A DNA stretch of 64,000 nt from Balanoglossus misakiensis (lineage: Eukaryota; Animalia; Hemichordata). A program made the position numbers and the translations under genes. Where the stretch lies: NCBI GenBank assembly GCA_040954595.2, contig CM082578.2, forward strand, positions 12,586,520-12,650,519. Reading direction: 5' to 3'. Position 1 is the stretch's first letter, and each line of letters opens with the position of its first letter. Below are positions 14,101-25,774 of this stretch, one piece after another. The notes under the pieces are model-generated. The model did not search any database. It was not told the DNA's origin and saw only the letters and a program-made list of their open reading frames with translations.

Positions 14101-14253
14101 TGATACTCATCGTGAAGAAATATAGATATATATTCAGTGACTCCGCTTTAATGAGCTAATTATTACATTTTTAATAACTATATGGACACAAATTAAACGA
14201 ACTGACTTGGTAATGTTTCAAATACATGAGTTGAGGTGATAAATGTTCGCGAC

Positions 14254-14292
14254 CCGCCATTTCCCCTATATTACTAGAAAAACGCATGCGCA
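14254..14292. promoter_or_regulatory. Putative PUS7 housekeeping promoter elements (YY1-like CCGCCATTT, NRF1-like CGCATGCGCA)
   Basis: Motifs at 14254-14262 and 14283-14292, about 350 bp upstream of the PUS7 ATG. An acceptor at about 14587 implies an upstream non-coding exon. Confidence 0.4.
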
Positions 14293-14631
14293 CGATAAGC
14301 TATTTACATACACACATGTTCATTCATCAGGTTCATTGCACGATCAGCTGTGATGACGATGGGGACACCGTACAGTACCCAAACGAAGTAAACAGAATCC
14401 TCGATTTAATTGTGTTCTGCAAAACTCCATAGGATCACGTGATAGTAAGTTACTAAATGTACAATATCTGTATCAAAAATTATTGCATCGTGATCCCGTA
14501 CCATCACTACCAGGACCGAATACCCCCCCCCCCCCCCATCTCCGCATCCCGACAGATGCAAGTTTTGCAACTTGTATTTTTGTGCAGACGCCATTCTGTG
14601 TTGTTGAGATCTTAAAGCTGGTGACTGTGAG

Positions 14632-15484
14632 ATGGACAGCAATAAAAGAGATGTCGGCGACGGAGAGCCAGAGACTTGTTCATCAGCTAAAAAGTTGAGA
14701 CTTGACCTGTCTGGAAAAGATGACGATCCCCTGACAAGTTGTTCAGGGGATGGCATTTCGGCTGGGGACGAAATCAAGCTGTCGCATCGAGACGATTCGC
14801 CATGTGAGGCTCCAGCTGGTCGTACTGGAATCACAGGATTGGTGGAAAAAGACGTTGGAATTACAGAGTTCATTGGCAAACATGGAGGTTTCATGGGCAT
14901 TCTAAAACAGAGGTAAGACTAATGATGATGATGATGATGATGATGATGACAATGATGATGATGATGATGATGACAATGATGATGGTGATGATGGTGATGA
15001 TGATGATGACAATGATGTTGATGATGATGATGATGACGATGATGATGATGATGATGATGATTATGCATGAGTGTGTTTATTCTATTTCCTTACAAGAGTT
15101 TGTGATGCATGTGTTGTATTTATACTTCAGGTACTCAGATTTCTTGGTGTATGAGAAGAGCAAAGAAGGTTCTCTCGTCAGATTAAATGATCTGTCAGAG
15201 CCACTTGATGATTGCCAGGTAACCCATTTTCTAAATTTCACTTTGACACAGTAGGTGATATTAAAGAATCAGAAGTTTATGATGTGCTGTGTGTGATTCT
15301 AGTTGACAGTTATTTGTTGTTGTTCACACTTTACAGGAAGATGACAATCAAGTACCCCTAGATGAGTTCATTACTGAACAGGAAAAGCAAAAGCTGCATG
15401 AACTGGCCGAAAGTGAAGACAAATCAGGGGAGGTTTGGATTGAGGTAAGATATGTCTGTCATTGTCGTCATCATCATCATGGTG

Positions 15485-15525
<41 letters not shown>

Positions 15526-18500
15526 TTTGGATGGAGGCTTTTTAACTTGCTCCCCTCCAATTTTCACAGATCAAAGATGACACTAAAGAAACGAGAACAA
15601 AGATTCACCAGGCGATACGGCAACTGTTTCCATGGCTGAATAGTGAGACTATTGACAAAGATGGGAAGAGAAGCATTAAAGTTGTCCATGTCAAACACAA
15701 AGGTAATTCTTTTCATTGACGTTTTGTGTTTTATAAAACCATTTAGTTCAGTTTAATTCAGTACAGTACTGGTGCAGGTAGCCACAGTGAAGTCACTGAT
15801 TCATGATTGCATTATTGTGTGGTAACTTATTCAATTAAATATGAAAGTGATGAAGGGTGGGACAACAGAAACTCCTTGGCAAAATGCATGCTGAGCAAGT
15901 TTTAAATAGCGCCCTCATTAGACAGACATCATAATGTGCACAAAAAATGGAAAAAGACCAAACTGGAGTTATTTACCCAACGTCTCTGACTCGGACCTTG
16001 GGTGTCAGGAATGTCGCAAAATTGAATTAGTGATGCATTTTCTTGTAAATTGAAAACAAATAAAACTATGGTTATGTTCTTATTGGTCATCATTTTTGCT
16101 GAAAATCTATCTCTGAGATGCATTCTGCTGCAATGCACATGGTTATTATCACTGGTCATGTGATTATCACACAGGGGTTAGGAGAAAGGAGAGGAGTGTT
16201 TGGCCAAAGACCCGTCCAGATTATTGCCAATTTGTTTTGTACAAGGAAAACAAGGACACAATGGATGCTTTGAATCTGTTGGCTAGACTGCTCAGGTCAG
16301 TATCACCTCTCAATGCAGTTTTATTTGACTGAAAAGACTTCTTTCGTAGGTTCTTATCTAAGAATTAAAATTTGAGAAATTAATTGAGACATTTGTATTC
16401 AATATGAAACATTACCTTTATTGCAGTAATACGCTTGTTAAAAATAAAAATCACATGTCTGTTGTGAAACTTATTTTCATATTTGTTTTCCCTGCCAGAA
16501 TTCCCCATAATAAATTCAGCTTTGCTGGCAATAAAGACAAAAGAGCAGTCACCACCCAAGAAGTAACTGCATACAGGTACGTGCTGGTAATCGTCATGGT
16601 TTCTGCTCACATTCCAAATTTGCTAGTACTGGAAACCCACAAAAAGCATTTTTATGTCAAAACATTCATAACACTGAGTAAATCAAGTTAAATTACCCTA
16701 GTGATTAAAATTTAATTAAAAATTAAAATGAGGGAATGGAAGTGACATGGTTTGTGTCGCCGTTGCCAGGCAGCGATTCTGTGTCGGTGTCCGTTTCACC
16801 GCCACCCGTCGGTCCCAGCTGCGACATTGACAAATCTAGGGCCGCGTCTTCACAGTTGTGGAACTTGACTTGATCGGAGAAGAAGGAGCCGTCGCCGTCG
16901 TTGTGGTGGTCGCTGTACTTGTTGTACTGTCCCATCCGGTGTTTCCTGCGCTTGCAAAAACAGAACAGCCCGACGGCCATCAGTGTCACCACCACAACCA
17001 GGGAGACAGCGACAGATACGGCGATGGGGACAGTTTTGACCTGGGTTGAGGCAGCTGCCAGCGGCTGGGTTACCAACACCAGGCATTGGTCGCCGTCTAA
17101 CGGACTTGGGCCGGCGTCGTTGACCGCTATGACGCATACATTGTACGAAGTGTTGGGCATCAGAAACCTCAACTTGTACGTGTCGAGCTCACCTCCAACC
17201 TGAGGGCTCTGAGATTTCCCCCGCGAGTCGAGACTGGTGACGGTTATTTGATACGAGGTTACCTGTTGACTGTCTGGCAGTCGGCTCCAAGACATTACGG
17301 CGGACGTACCGGTGGAAGCAACGATGCGAACGTCGGTCGGCGGCGACGGGATGGTTACTTCGCAAGTGGGACCGCCGTACAGTAGTGTGCAGATGCACAG
17401 CCTCTGTTTTTTGACATCGTCATATATGCATTGACCCCCGTTTCGACATGGGTTTGGTTTGCAGTGATTTCTCCTCGGTGATTTAGTTTTGTGGGATTTC
17501 GTCATCACTGAATCCATAAGCGTCGTTGACGTAGACCACGTTGTCGCAGTCGTCGTAGGACTCCTCATCGTCGGGAGGTTAACAGTGACGTTGACCGTCA
17601 AGTTCATACTGCCAATATTGTTGGTCGAAGTACAGATGTAAACACCCGTGTCAAATGCTGTCATGTTATTGATTGTCAAAGTGCCAACTTCGTCCACAGA
17701 AATGCCGGGATACACTTCGCCCCGATGTATCTGACTCAGATCCGGTAATGTCCACACTAAATCGGCGATGCTGTCGTTTTTCAGTCCGCAGCCCATAGTG
17801 ACGTTGTCTCCGTAGTCCACCAGGACGTTGGCTCTCTCCGTCGTCACACTCGGAAAGACGCACCTGAAGTTGTCGGTCGATAACGACGACAGGCTGCGCT
17901 CGCGGTAAACCTTCGGCTGGCTGCACTTGGTGCTGGCCAGAGAAGAGGGGGAGAACTTGAAATCGTGTCGGGACATCCAGTCTCTGTACCAGCGCAGCCT
18001 GCAGTCGCAGTACAGCGGATTGGACGAGACGTCAAACTCCACGAGATTCACCAGGCCCTCGAAACTGCCCTGCTCAATGGTGTGTATTTTGTTGTGGTGC
18101 AGGAAGAGGGCGGTCAGCGACTTCAGATCTCGCAGGAGTTCCGAGCTTACGCCGGTCAAGGCGTTGTAATGCAGCGAAAGTTTTTTCAAGTTGTACAAGC
18201 CGTGGAAGACGCTGTTGTCGAGGTGCCCGAGTTGGTTAGACTCCAAATCCAGTGTCTGTAAGGCAGACAGATTATTGAAAGTGCCCGTCTGCAAAAACTG
18301 GATTTCATTTCGCGCTAGGAGGAGGTTATTCAGCTTTTTGAGCTCCACGAAGGCATTTCGCAAGATGGTTTTAATCTGGTTGCCCTTCAGGGACAAGTGC
18401 TGCAACGATTCCAGACCTCGGAACATGTCGCTGTTGATGGTGCTTATCTGGCTGTTTTGGATGTCCAAAGTCACCAGGCTTTTCAGGGGTTGAAAAGTCT

Positions 18501-21500
18501 TGCTGGCGATCTCCGTGACGTGACTCATCACCAGAGTGGTCAGCTTGCCGCAGGATTTGAAGATGTCCTCCGAGAGGGCACCGATGGGATTGTCTGCCAG
18601 TTGCAAATTGTTCAGCTCGGACAGCCCCTGGAAGACATCCCCCGGCAAATCTTGAATGTCGTTCTGTTCCAAGTGCAACTCGAAGAGGTCCGGCACGCCG
18701 TGGAAAATTCCCGAGGGGAGTGTCTGCAGGAAGTTTTGCCTCAGATCAAGGTGTCGCAGCTTCTGTAGATTGGCAAAGACGTCGGCGGAGACACTGACCA
18801 GTTGATTGTTTCCCAGCGCGATGTATTGAATCCCAGCGCAGTCCCGAAATAAAGTGTCCGGCAAAGTCTCCAGCAAGTTCGCAGTCAGGTAGATATTGTT
18901 GAGCTGGCTCATGTCCTGAAGCGCGTCGGGGGCTATCGACGCTATCTTGTTGTCATGGAGATTGATGAACTGGAGGTTGTTTGTGCCGAGAAACGCCCCC
19001 GACGGCAATGAGGGTATCTCGTTGCGGTAGAGATGTATGGATACCAGAGATGGCAGATTCTGCACCGCGGCCGGCATTGATTTCAGGGCGTTCTGCGTCA
19101 GAACCAAATCCTTGAGTTGCTGCAGGCCATCGAAAGCGCTGTCATGGATGTGCGTCAGTTGGTTGCCCCCGAGCAGCAGCGCCTGCAGTTTGGTGTTGTT
19201 GACGAAGGTGTAAGCGTACAGCTGCTGGATTTCGTTGTAAGACAGGTCCAGGTAGACCAGCTCGGGCAGGTTTTGGAAATCCTGCCGGCTGACGTTTTTG
19301 ATCATGTTGTAGTTCAGCTCCATGGCCTGGGTGTTGGCCGGCAGACTGCCCCGGGGCACGGCGGTGAGGAGCGGGTCGTGGTTGCGGCAGTTGACGAGGA
19401 AGTAGGTTTTCCGGGGAAGCGGGTAGAAGTACTTGGTGGAGTCGGAGCACTCGCAGGGACAGTCCAAAGTACTCACAGTCCAACAGCAGAGGGCAAACAT
19501 CACCACCAGGGAGGGAGTTATCCAGTGTACATAATGCATTTTCAGAATATCGATCATAACACACAGCAACTAGAAAGTCAGTTATTAGACAGTATTAGGC
19601 GGAAATCCCAGCAGATGACAGAAAGCCTGATTTGATATTCTTACCACTTGGAGGTGGCTGCCAGCGATTGCAGAAAAGATTCACAGCACGTAATGGAGCC
19701 AATCAACTCATAAAATATCCACAGAAGCTTGATTTTGACATGAAGCTGGTAGATGTAAATCCGCAAGCATCTAAAGGAGAGTGTTGTTTTCCTCAGTCGT
19801 GCTTGAAGCCAAGACAATAATCCACGTAATTATCCCCTGATACTTTATCCAGTCACCGCCTGTGGTACAGTCTCACTGAAGGGTAGCACTGGCAGCAGGC
19901 TGACCAAGTGTGACAGGTAACACGGTTGTTCAGCTGGACCCCTGGAAGTCTCATACGCGACCACGATGGATGTTTAGAGTAGTAGCAGGTCATGTGACTA
20001 ATCCACAGGAAGCAGGATGTAAGTGGTGAACTGATAAAATTTTCGTGTGTCCTGGATGTTTGCAAGGATTTGCCTTGTTAACAAGCATGAAAAAATGCAA
20101 GCGATTTTTTCAATTTGCCTTTTTTTGTCTACATTAAGGAACAGAGTAGTTGTGTGTACATATAGACACATGGAACCTACTGCAGTGTACCATACTCTAT
20201 GTTGTGTGTTGTAACCAGCTTCCTGTCAAAGTGCAGCTTTTGGCCTTGCACTAGCAAGGCCAAGCCAACAGATTGATATCAAAACAGGGGATAAAGGGGG
20301 AGGAACCAGTTCCTGTATATGTCCTTTTGCATTTTTAATCCCTGTGGGGGTAAAAAACAGATGAGGAGGTTGACTATGTGTCCATCCTTGAGATTATGAG
20401 AACCAAGCTGTTGTGTGTCGACTGAAGTTTCTTTTTCAAATCCCTGAAACAAGATATCCTGCTGTCCCAGTCTTACGTCAGGACTGTAACTCATTCATCC
20501 AATAATAAAAAAGTTGTTCCTCACATGTACAGACCATACCAGATATCATAAACTTGATGTAAGAAGTTGAACAGAAACTGAATTTGTAACATCTCATTAA
20601 TGCTCAGCTGTAACCCACACCCTAACAATAACAAAACTTTTGGAATTCACAAAAGTATCTATAGATAGATCCACAAAATTCAGGATGTTTTCTTTCTGTT
20701 GGCTTCCCATCTTGTCTTGGGCGTCCTGCTGGACGAACGTGTAACACCCATTCTAAATATAGCTTCTCCACCAGAGGAGGAACTGTCATTTTGTGGGAAG
20801 CGTCTGATAAGATCCCATTACAGGAAGAATCGGTGTTTTGAGTAAAAACCAGTTTCCCCATGGAGACGGGACAGTTTCTCTCTAAGACAGGCAGAAGTCT
20901 GAGAAAATATTTTATTAATATCTTCTCAAATGTATAAATTTAAAAGTTCAATCTTTTAAATTCAATAAAATGAAACAAACACCTTTTAAAAAACCTTCGT
21001 GAATTCTTGTTTCTAAGATCATTGGTAACATTTATTGAAAAACTTTTCTCACAATATTTTCAGCTGATCATGTTCGTTTCTCTCTTTGCAGGGTCTCGTC
21101 ATCAAAATTACACGGTTTAAATAAAACACTGAAGAACATAAGAGTCGGTAATTTCAGGTAAGTGAAGAATTCAAACCATCCAAATTATTGTCCATGGGTA
21201 ACTGTTAATCATTCCCATTCTGGATTTCACATACATGTAGTTATTGTTGGTATCTGATGTAGTGATGATTGGCAGACTTTAAACACTGACGCTTACTATT
21301 TCACAGGTATTGCAAAGACCCGCTTAGACTTGGTGATCTACTGGGAAACCATTTTGTAGTCACTCTCCGGTAAGCTTGTATCCTGCACTCACGTCTTCCC
21401 CCCCCCCCCTCCCTCCCTATCAGATATTGGTCTTCATAGATAAGTCATGATTGCCAGGAAAAGCTGGTTTGCATACGTGCATGATATTAGTCTTCACTCT

Positions 21501-24500
21501 GTGCTTCTGTGTTGCAGGAACGTGCAGGCTGAGGATTCTCTGATCGAGAGTGCGGTGACCTCGTTGAGAGATCATGGTTTTATCAACTATTTCGGTATGC
21601 AGAGGTTCGGTACAACCGACGTCCCCACTTATCAAGTAGGAAGGTAATTATTACGTGTCCAGTTTCCACTCAGAATCTCTCGCGTATCTCTGAGTTTTAC
21701 TCGGAGTACAATGACCTGGTTCTCTGCTTTACATTGATGACCCCCAGCAGAGTATGGGAACCGGCATACCTAGCATTGTGTAGCCGCGGCTACTGATCTT
21801 GGCAAGCTGAGCATAGCAAGGCTATAATCACAAGGATACATACACTGTAGCACTTTGGTAGCCAGTCAGGGCACTGAGATATATTGTTCTATAATGTACT
21901 TGCAATACAAGCCCTGAACAGTAAATGATGTGTGGGTATGCATTCGTATAAAAGGGACAATATCAGATGTCTTGGAAATATCCATTTTCAAGAATTCATT
22001 CGGTTCTATTCGGTATCTGTCTTTCCATTTGATCCATACACAGAGCACTTTTGCTCAGCAATTGGCAAGAAGCTGTAGATCTGATTCTGAAGCCCCGAGA
22101 TGGCGGTAAGTTTTTTCTGCTGTGATTTGGATAACACTGAAAACCATGTCAGAATGTCATAGAAGCAACTCCAGAGCTGTGTGGGGATATATATGTACCA
22201 TAAGAAATCACACAGCATTCAAGTACCTGAAATAAAATGTTTTATGCAACACTAGACGGTCTGTTGTCCACCTTGCAGATCCAGAAGAGATGCGTGCGGC
22301 CAGAGAACACTGGTGGCAAACCCAGGATGCAAAGTCAACTCTGGAGAAAATGAAAAACACCAGGTCCTTCTCCCTGGAGTACCTGTTAGTGAGGGCGCTG
22401 ATCAAACATGGATCTCCAGATCAGCTCGTCAAAGCACTCTATGCAGTGAGTAGTTTTCTTTGGGTATCAGCCGAGGGAATGACTTTTGAACTCCAAACTC
22501 AGCAAATATTCCGTGAAAAAAATAAGTCGCCCATAAACTGCACATCTCTGTTATTCTGCGTAGATCCCAAAGAACACAAGGCTCATGTATGTTCACAGCT
22601 ATCAGAGCTACGTGTGGAACTGCATGGTGAGCAGACGCATCAAACTTCACGGACTGAAACCACTGGTTGGCGATTTGGTTCAGTTAGCCGGAAAGAGTAA
22701 GTCCGTCGTTCTGTTGAAACTTCATTTAACAACTGACACATTACATCAGGAGTTTACAGTGGCTTCAACGTACAGTATTCTTTTCAAATTGTCCCCAAAT
22801 TTGAAATTTAAAAACTATTTGTTAAGTCGCTGAGAACTTCATTGTGATTTTAACACTTTTTTTATTATGTACAGATGGTAATGAAAGCATCGTAGAACTG
22901 ACATCTGACAACATTGATAAATACTGTATATATGACGTTGTTCTACCAATGCCAGGACATGATGTAAGATATCCAGCAAATGAAGGTAATATTTTACAAG
23001 TTCTGTCTACCCTCCCTCAAGGAACACACCAACCCAAGAACTAAAGGAATTAAGTTTTTATCATCTGACACTGAACTTGTGAAGTCTCCCCTAACTCACT
23101 TTCAAAATCAACAAAGAAGATCTTCATTATTCCTTTTTTAATCTCAAGTTCACTTCTTTGCCACCAATGTATGTGCTAGCAGGAGATTAGAGATCTGTCG
23201 ACATGGAAATATCTTTTGTCACCTGACTGCCATGTCTTGTCTCTTGGCAGTGCATGAGTGGTACAAGAAGATGCTGGCAGAAGATGGTCTGGATATCAAC
23301 AACATGAAACATGAAATTAGGTAAATGCCCTGCCCCACCCCCATTTCACTGTGCGTGGACCCAACTTTACTGTAGAAAACAACGGGAATTGACCAATGTG
23401 AAAACTGATACAAGTCCTCTTACTTTGCTGCACTGAAACTTCGGTCAGTTTCTGGAAGGTTTGTACATCCTGTAGCTGACAGACTAATGGGATTCAGAAG
23501 AGGGGATTTCCAATGTGATAGCCAATTAAACAGTTAACATCATAGAAATAAGGTGGAATTGTGCTGAAGATTGGGTAGAGCATTTCAGCAGAATCCACTC
23601 CAGAGATATCAGGTTTTACTACGTATCACATAATTGCTCTCTAATACAGGAAGTATAGTAGCCATTTTAGAAGAATCAAAAGGTAATGTACATCAGCCAC
23701 AGCGTTTAACCCTTCAGTGAAACTCCTCATCGCGTGGTTTTCATTTCTTGCTAATACACTTAACTCCCTCATCTTTTCACACCCAACAGGGATTACTCTT
23801 TGAAAGGCACCTATCGGAAGATCGTTACCATGCCGAGTGATTGCAAATGGTGAGACACTGACTGTGACAATTCCCAAACCAACCTTATGCGGTTACACAA
23901 AGTTGCATTGTGTAAAGTTGTAGGGAAATTATGAACAGTGTGTGGGGATGAAATATAAAACCTTTAAGTGGTTTTTAACCAGTTTCTGGCATTACCAAAT
24001 GTCAAACTATGCACACAATAAAACTTGCTACGTAGAGGGACTCAGAGTCTTATTTTATGACTATGAGGACTGTCAATGAGATTTCAGTCATGAATTCACA
24101 GAATGGTGATTGAGCGATGTGTTTGATTTCAGGGAAGTGTTGTCCTATGATGATGTGACTATTCCATTATCACTGTCCGACTTGGAGCTGCTCGAGGGCA
24201 AATCACAGCCACAAATGCTAACGGGTAATTGTTTTTTTTTTCTTCTCTGTCTGCATAATGTCTGCCATTGCAGGCAGTCTATTGCGACCATCTATTTTCA
24301 ATGAACGCTTTCGAACCCCTCATGACCTATGACACAATTCAACGTTTCATTTCATCTGGGTTTCCGTTCAAAGAAACAGGTTGAGCCACAGTTGAGCTTT
24401 CTTTCCATTTCTGTCTTTCAGATGGGAAGTTCAAGGCGCTGAAGATCGAGTTCACGTTACCAACATCCTGCTATGCTACCATGGCGATAAGAGAAGTCTT

Positions 24501-24549
24501 GAAACTTGACACGTCGGTCTCGTACCAGAGCAGTCTGAACACAGTGTGA
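14632..24549 (+). CDS. PUS7: Pseudouridylate synthase 7 (TruD family)
   Basis: 17 phase-compatible exons: 14632-14912, 15131-15218, 15337-15444, 15570-15702, 16175-16295, 16499-16576, 21092-21157, 21307-21369, 21518-21643, 22044-22105, 22279-22445, 22564-22696, 22875-22985, 23251-23320, 23790-23849, 24133-24224, 24422-24549. Motifs: [23 protein letters not shown], catalytic [52 protein letters not shown]. Confidence 0.97.
14922..15060. repeat. (ATG)n microsatellite in PUS7 intron 1
   Basis: Imperfect ATG/GAT run immediately after the donor; produces the poly-Met ORF. Confidence 0.95.
15462..15525. repeat. (CAT)n microsatellite in PUS7 intron 3
   Basis: Direct reading. Confidence 0.9.
16723..19557 (-). 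CDS. Single-pass LRR receptor: signal peptide, LRRNT, about 19 LRRs, LRRCT, Ig, Thr-rich stalk, EGF, FN3, TM, cytoplasmic tail (vasorin/LRFN/LRRN-like); nested antisense in a PUS7 intron
   Basis: Uninterrupted ORF of about 940 aa (first ATG 19557, alternative 19539). Features: CPCEC cap, repeated LxxLxLxxNxI/L, NPLYCDC...C...C LRRCT, Ig [24 protein letters not shown]...CIC...GPTCE, FN3 PPTDV..W..Y...[15 protein letters not shown], and a hydrophobic TM followed by CKRRKHR. Confidence 0.95.
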   Translation of the reverse strand: MIDILKMHYVHWITPSLVVMFALCCWTVSTLDCPCECSDSTKYFYPLPRKTYFLVNCRNHDPLLTAVPRGSLPANTQAMELNYNMIKNVSRQDFQNLPELVYLDLSYNEIQQLYAYTFVNNTKLQALLLGGNQLTHIHDSAFDGLQQLKDLVLTQNALKSMPAAVQNLPSLVSIHLYRNEIPSLPSGAFLGTNNLQFINLHDNKIASIAPDALQDMSQLNNIYLTANLLETLPDTLFRDCAGIQYIALGNNQLVSVSADVFANLQKLRHLDLRQNFLQTLPSGIFHGVPDLFELHLEQNDIQDLPGDVFQGLSELNNLQLADNPIGALSEDIFKSCGKLTTLVMSHVTEIASKTFQPLKSLVTLDIQNSQISTINSDMFRGLESLQHLSLKGNQIKTILRNAFVELKKLNNLLLARNEIQFLQTGTFNNLSALQTLDLESNQLGHLDNSVFHGLYNLKKLSLHYNALTGVSSELLRDLKSLTALFLHHNKIHTIEQGSFEGLVNLVEFDVSSNPLYCDCRLRWYRDWMSRHDFKFSPSSLASTKCSQPKVYRERSLSSLSTDNFRCVFPSVTTERANVLVDYGDNVTMGCGLKNDSIADLVWTLPDLSQIHRGEVYPGISVDEVGTLTINNMTAFDTGVYICTSTNNIGSMNLTVNVTVNLPTMRSPTTTATTWSTSTTLMDSVMTKSHKTKSPRRNHCKPNPCRNGGQCIYDDVKKQRLCICTLLYGGPTCEVTIPSPPTDVRIVASTGTSAVMSWSRLPDSQQVTSYQITVTSLDSRGKSQSPQVGGELDTYKLRFLMPNTSYNVCVIAVNDAGPSPLDGDQCLVLVTQPLAAASTQVKTVPIAVSVAVSLVVVVTLMAVGLFCFCKRRKHRMGQYNKYSDHHNDGDGSFFSDQVKFHNCEDAALDLSMSQLGPTGGGETDTDTESLPGNGDTNHVTSIPSF

Positions 24550-25774
24550 CCTAAAATGATGACTCTGTCCAAATATACATGTACTTGCCCAAAGCAGTGA
24601 TGGTTGAATTACTTATTTTGTTGATTTTGTAGAAAGTGATGTCAAGACTTCAAAATAAATGTTGCATCATTGAATTACTGTCCGAGTTTTGAATCTGTGT
24701 TTTAGTAACAGACTGCAAGCATTATATGAATGTGAGAATGATAGTGAACATGTATAACCCATGCTACTTTGCTAGTTCACATCCATGTCGACATTATTCA
24801 CGGTATTGGCCCTTCCTTTGTCTTCCATTGATGAATGCTTCCGGCTTGTATCTCTAAATAAAGTTTTAAAAGAAACCAAAGAAAGTGACGTTTCTCTTGA
24901 TTTTATTGCATATAGCTTTCATGATTTAATCAGAAAAACCTGGAAGATGATGTGTAAAAATTAAATTGTGCGATTGCAGATTATTAATTTATTGCAGAGT
25001 ATTATTTTTTCAATAATTTTGGAAGATTAAATTACTTGTGTACTCTTTGATTGTAAAAATGTGGCAAAATTACCGAACTTGATCACATTTTCTGACGAAG
25101 CCATTCGACGCAGCCTGCCAAGGATTATGATTGGTCCAGCTGCTATGGAGCGTACGTCTCCACATCACTGCTTATACAGTGACAATGTACTTGGGGTGTA
25201 AGCACTGCACTGTCACTCCGAGACTGCAAGTTCGTGTACTTGAATGTCAGATTCAGTATTCGAACTCAGAGTATGCATTTGGAGGCGCTCTTACAAACCT
25301 CAAATGACAACACGTATATGGAATAGAACGGGAAAATCACAAAGCTACACATACAGAGTAGAAGAGAAAATTCCATTTGTGCGTGGCAAGATTTGGCTTG
25401 GATTTGGTCAAATGCTATCCCCCCCCCCCCCCATTTTCATGGCCACTATGACCTTTCCAGGAAGACACATGTTCCTTCTGATTCTGACCAAGTTGTCGAT
25501 CAGCGAAATAACCAACCTTTGACCCCCTGCCAATTGTAATACCCTTACTTTAGCCAACAGTTTCACTTCTTAGCAAACAAACACAACACATCACAGACAG
25601 TACATGTGAGATACAGTGCATGAAACATCCAATATATGTACTAGTCTCTTCGGACAAGTACAGGAATGCCGAGCAACAACAACAGCGGGTCTTAACTCTT
25701 ATTCCCAGAGCTGTCATAAGCATGCAAAAGCCTTCATGTCACATCCCAAAGAATATGATATTCTGGCTTGGCCT

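Noticed and set aside
14406-14900. 164-aa minus-strand ORF
   Set aside because: Antisense shadow of PUS7 exon 1 with no recognisable motifs.
14922-15254. Poly-Met ORF
   Set aside because: Translation of an intronic (ATG)n microsatellite running into PUS7 exon 2.
16520-16547. GNKDKRA instead of GTKDKRA at the PUS7 active site
   Set aside because: That position varies across the TruD family and the catalytic Asp is intact.
16850-19635. Multiple overlapping ORFs within the LRR gene
   Set aside because: Shadow frames of a GC-rich coding sequence.
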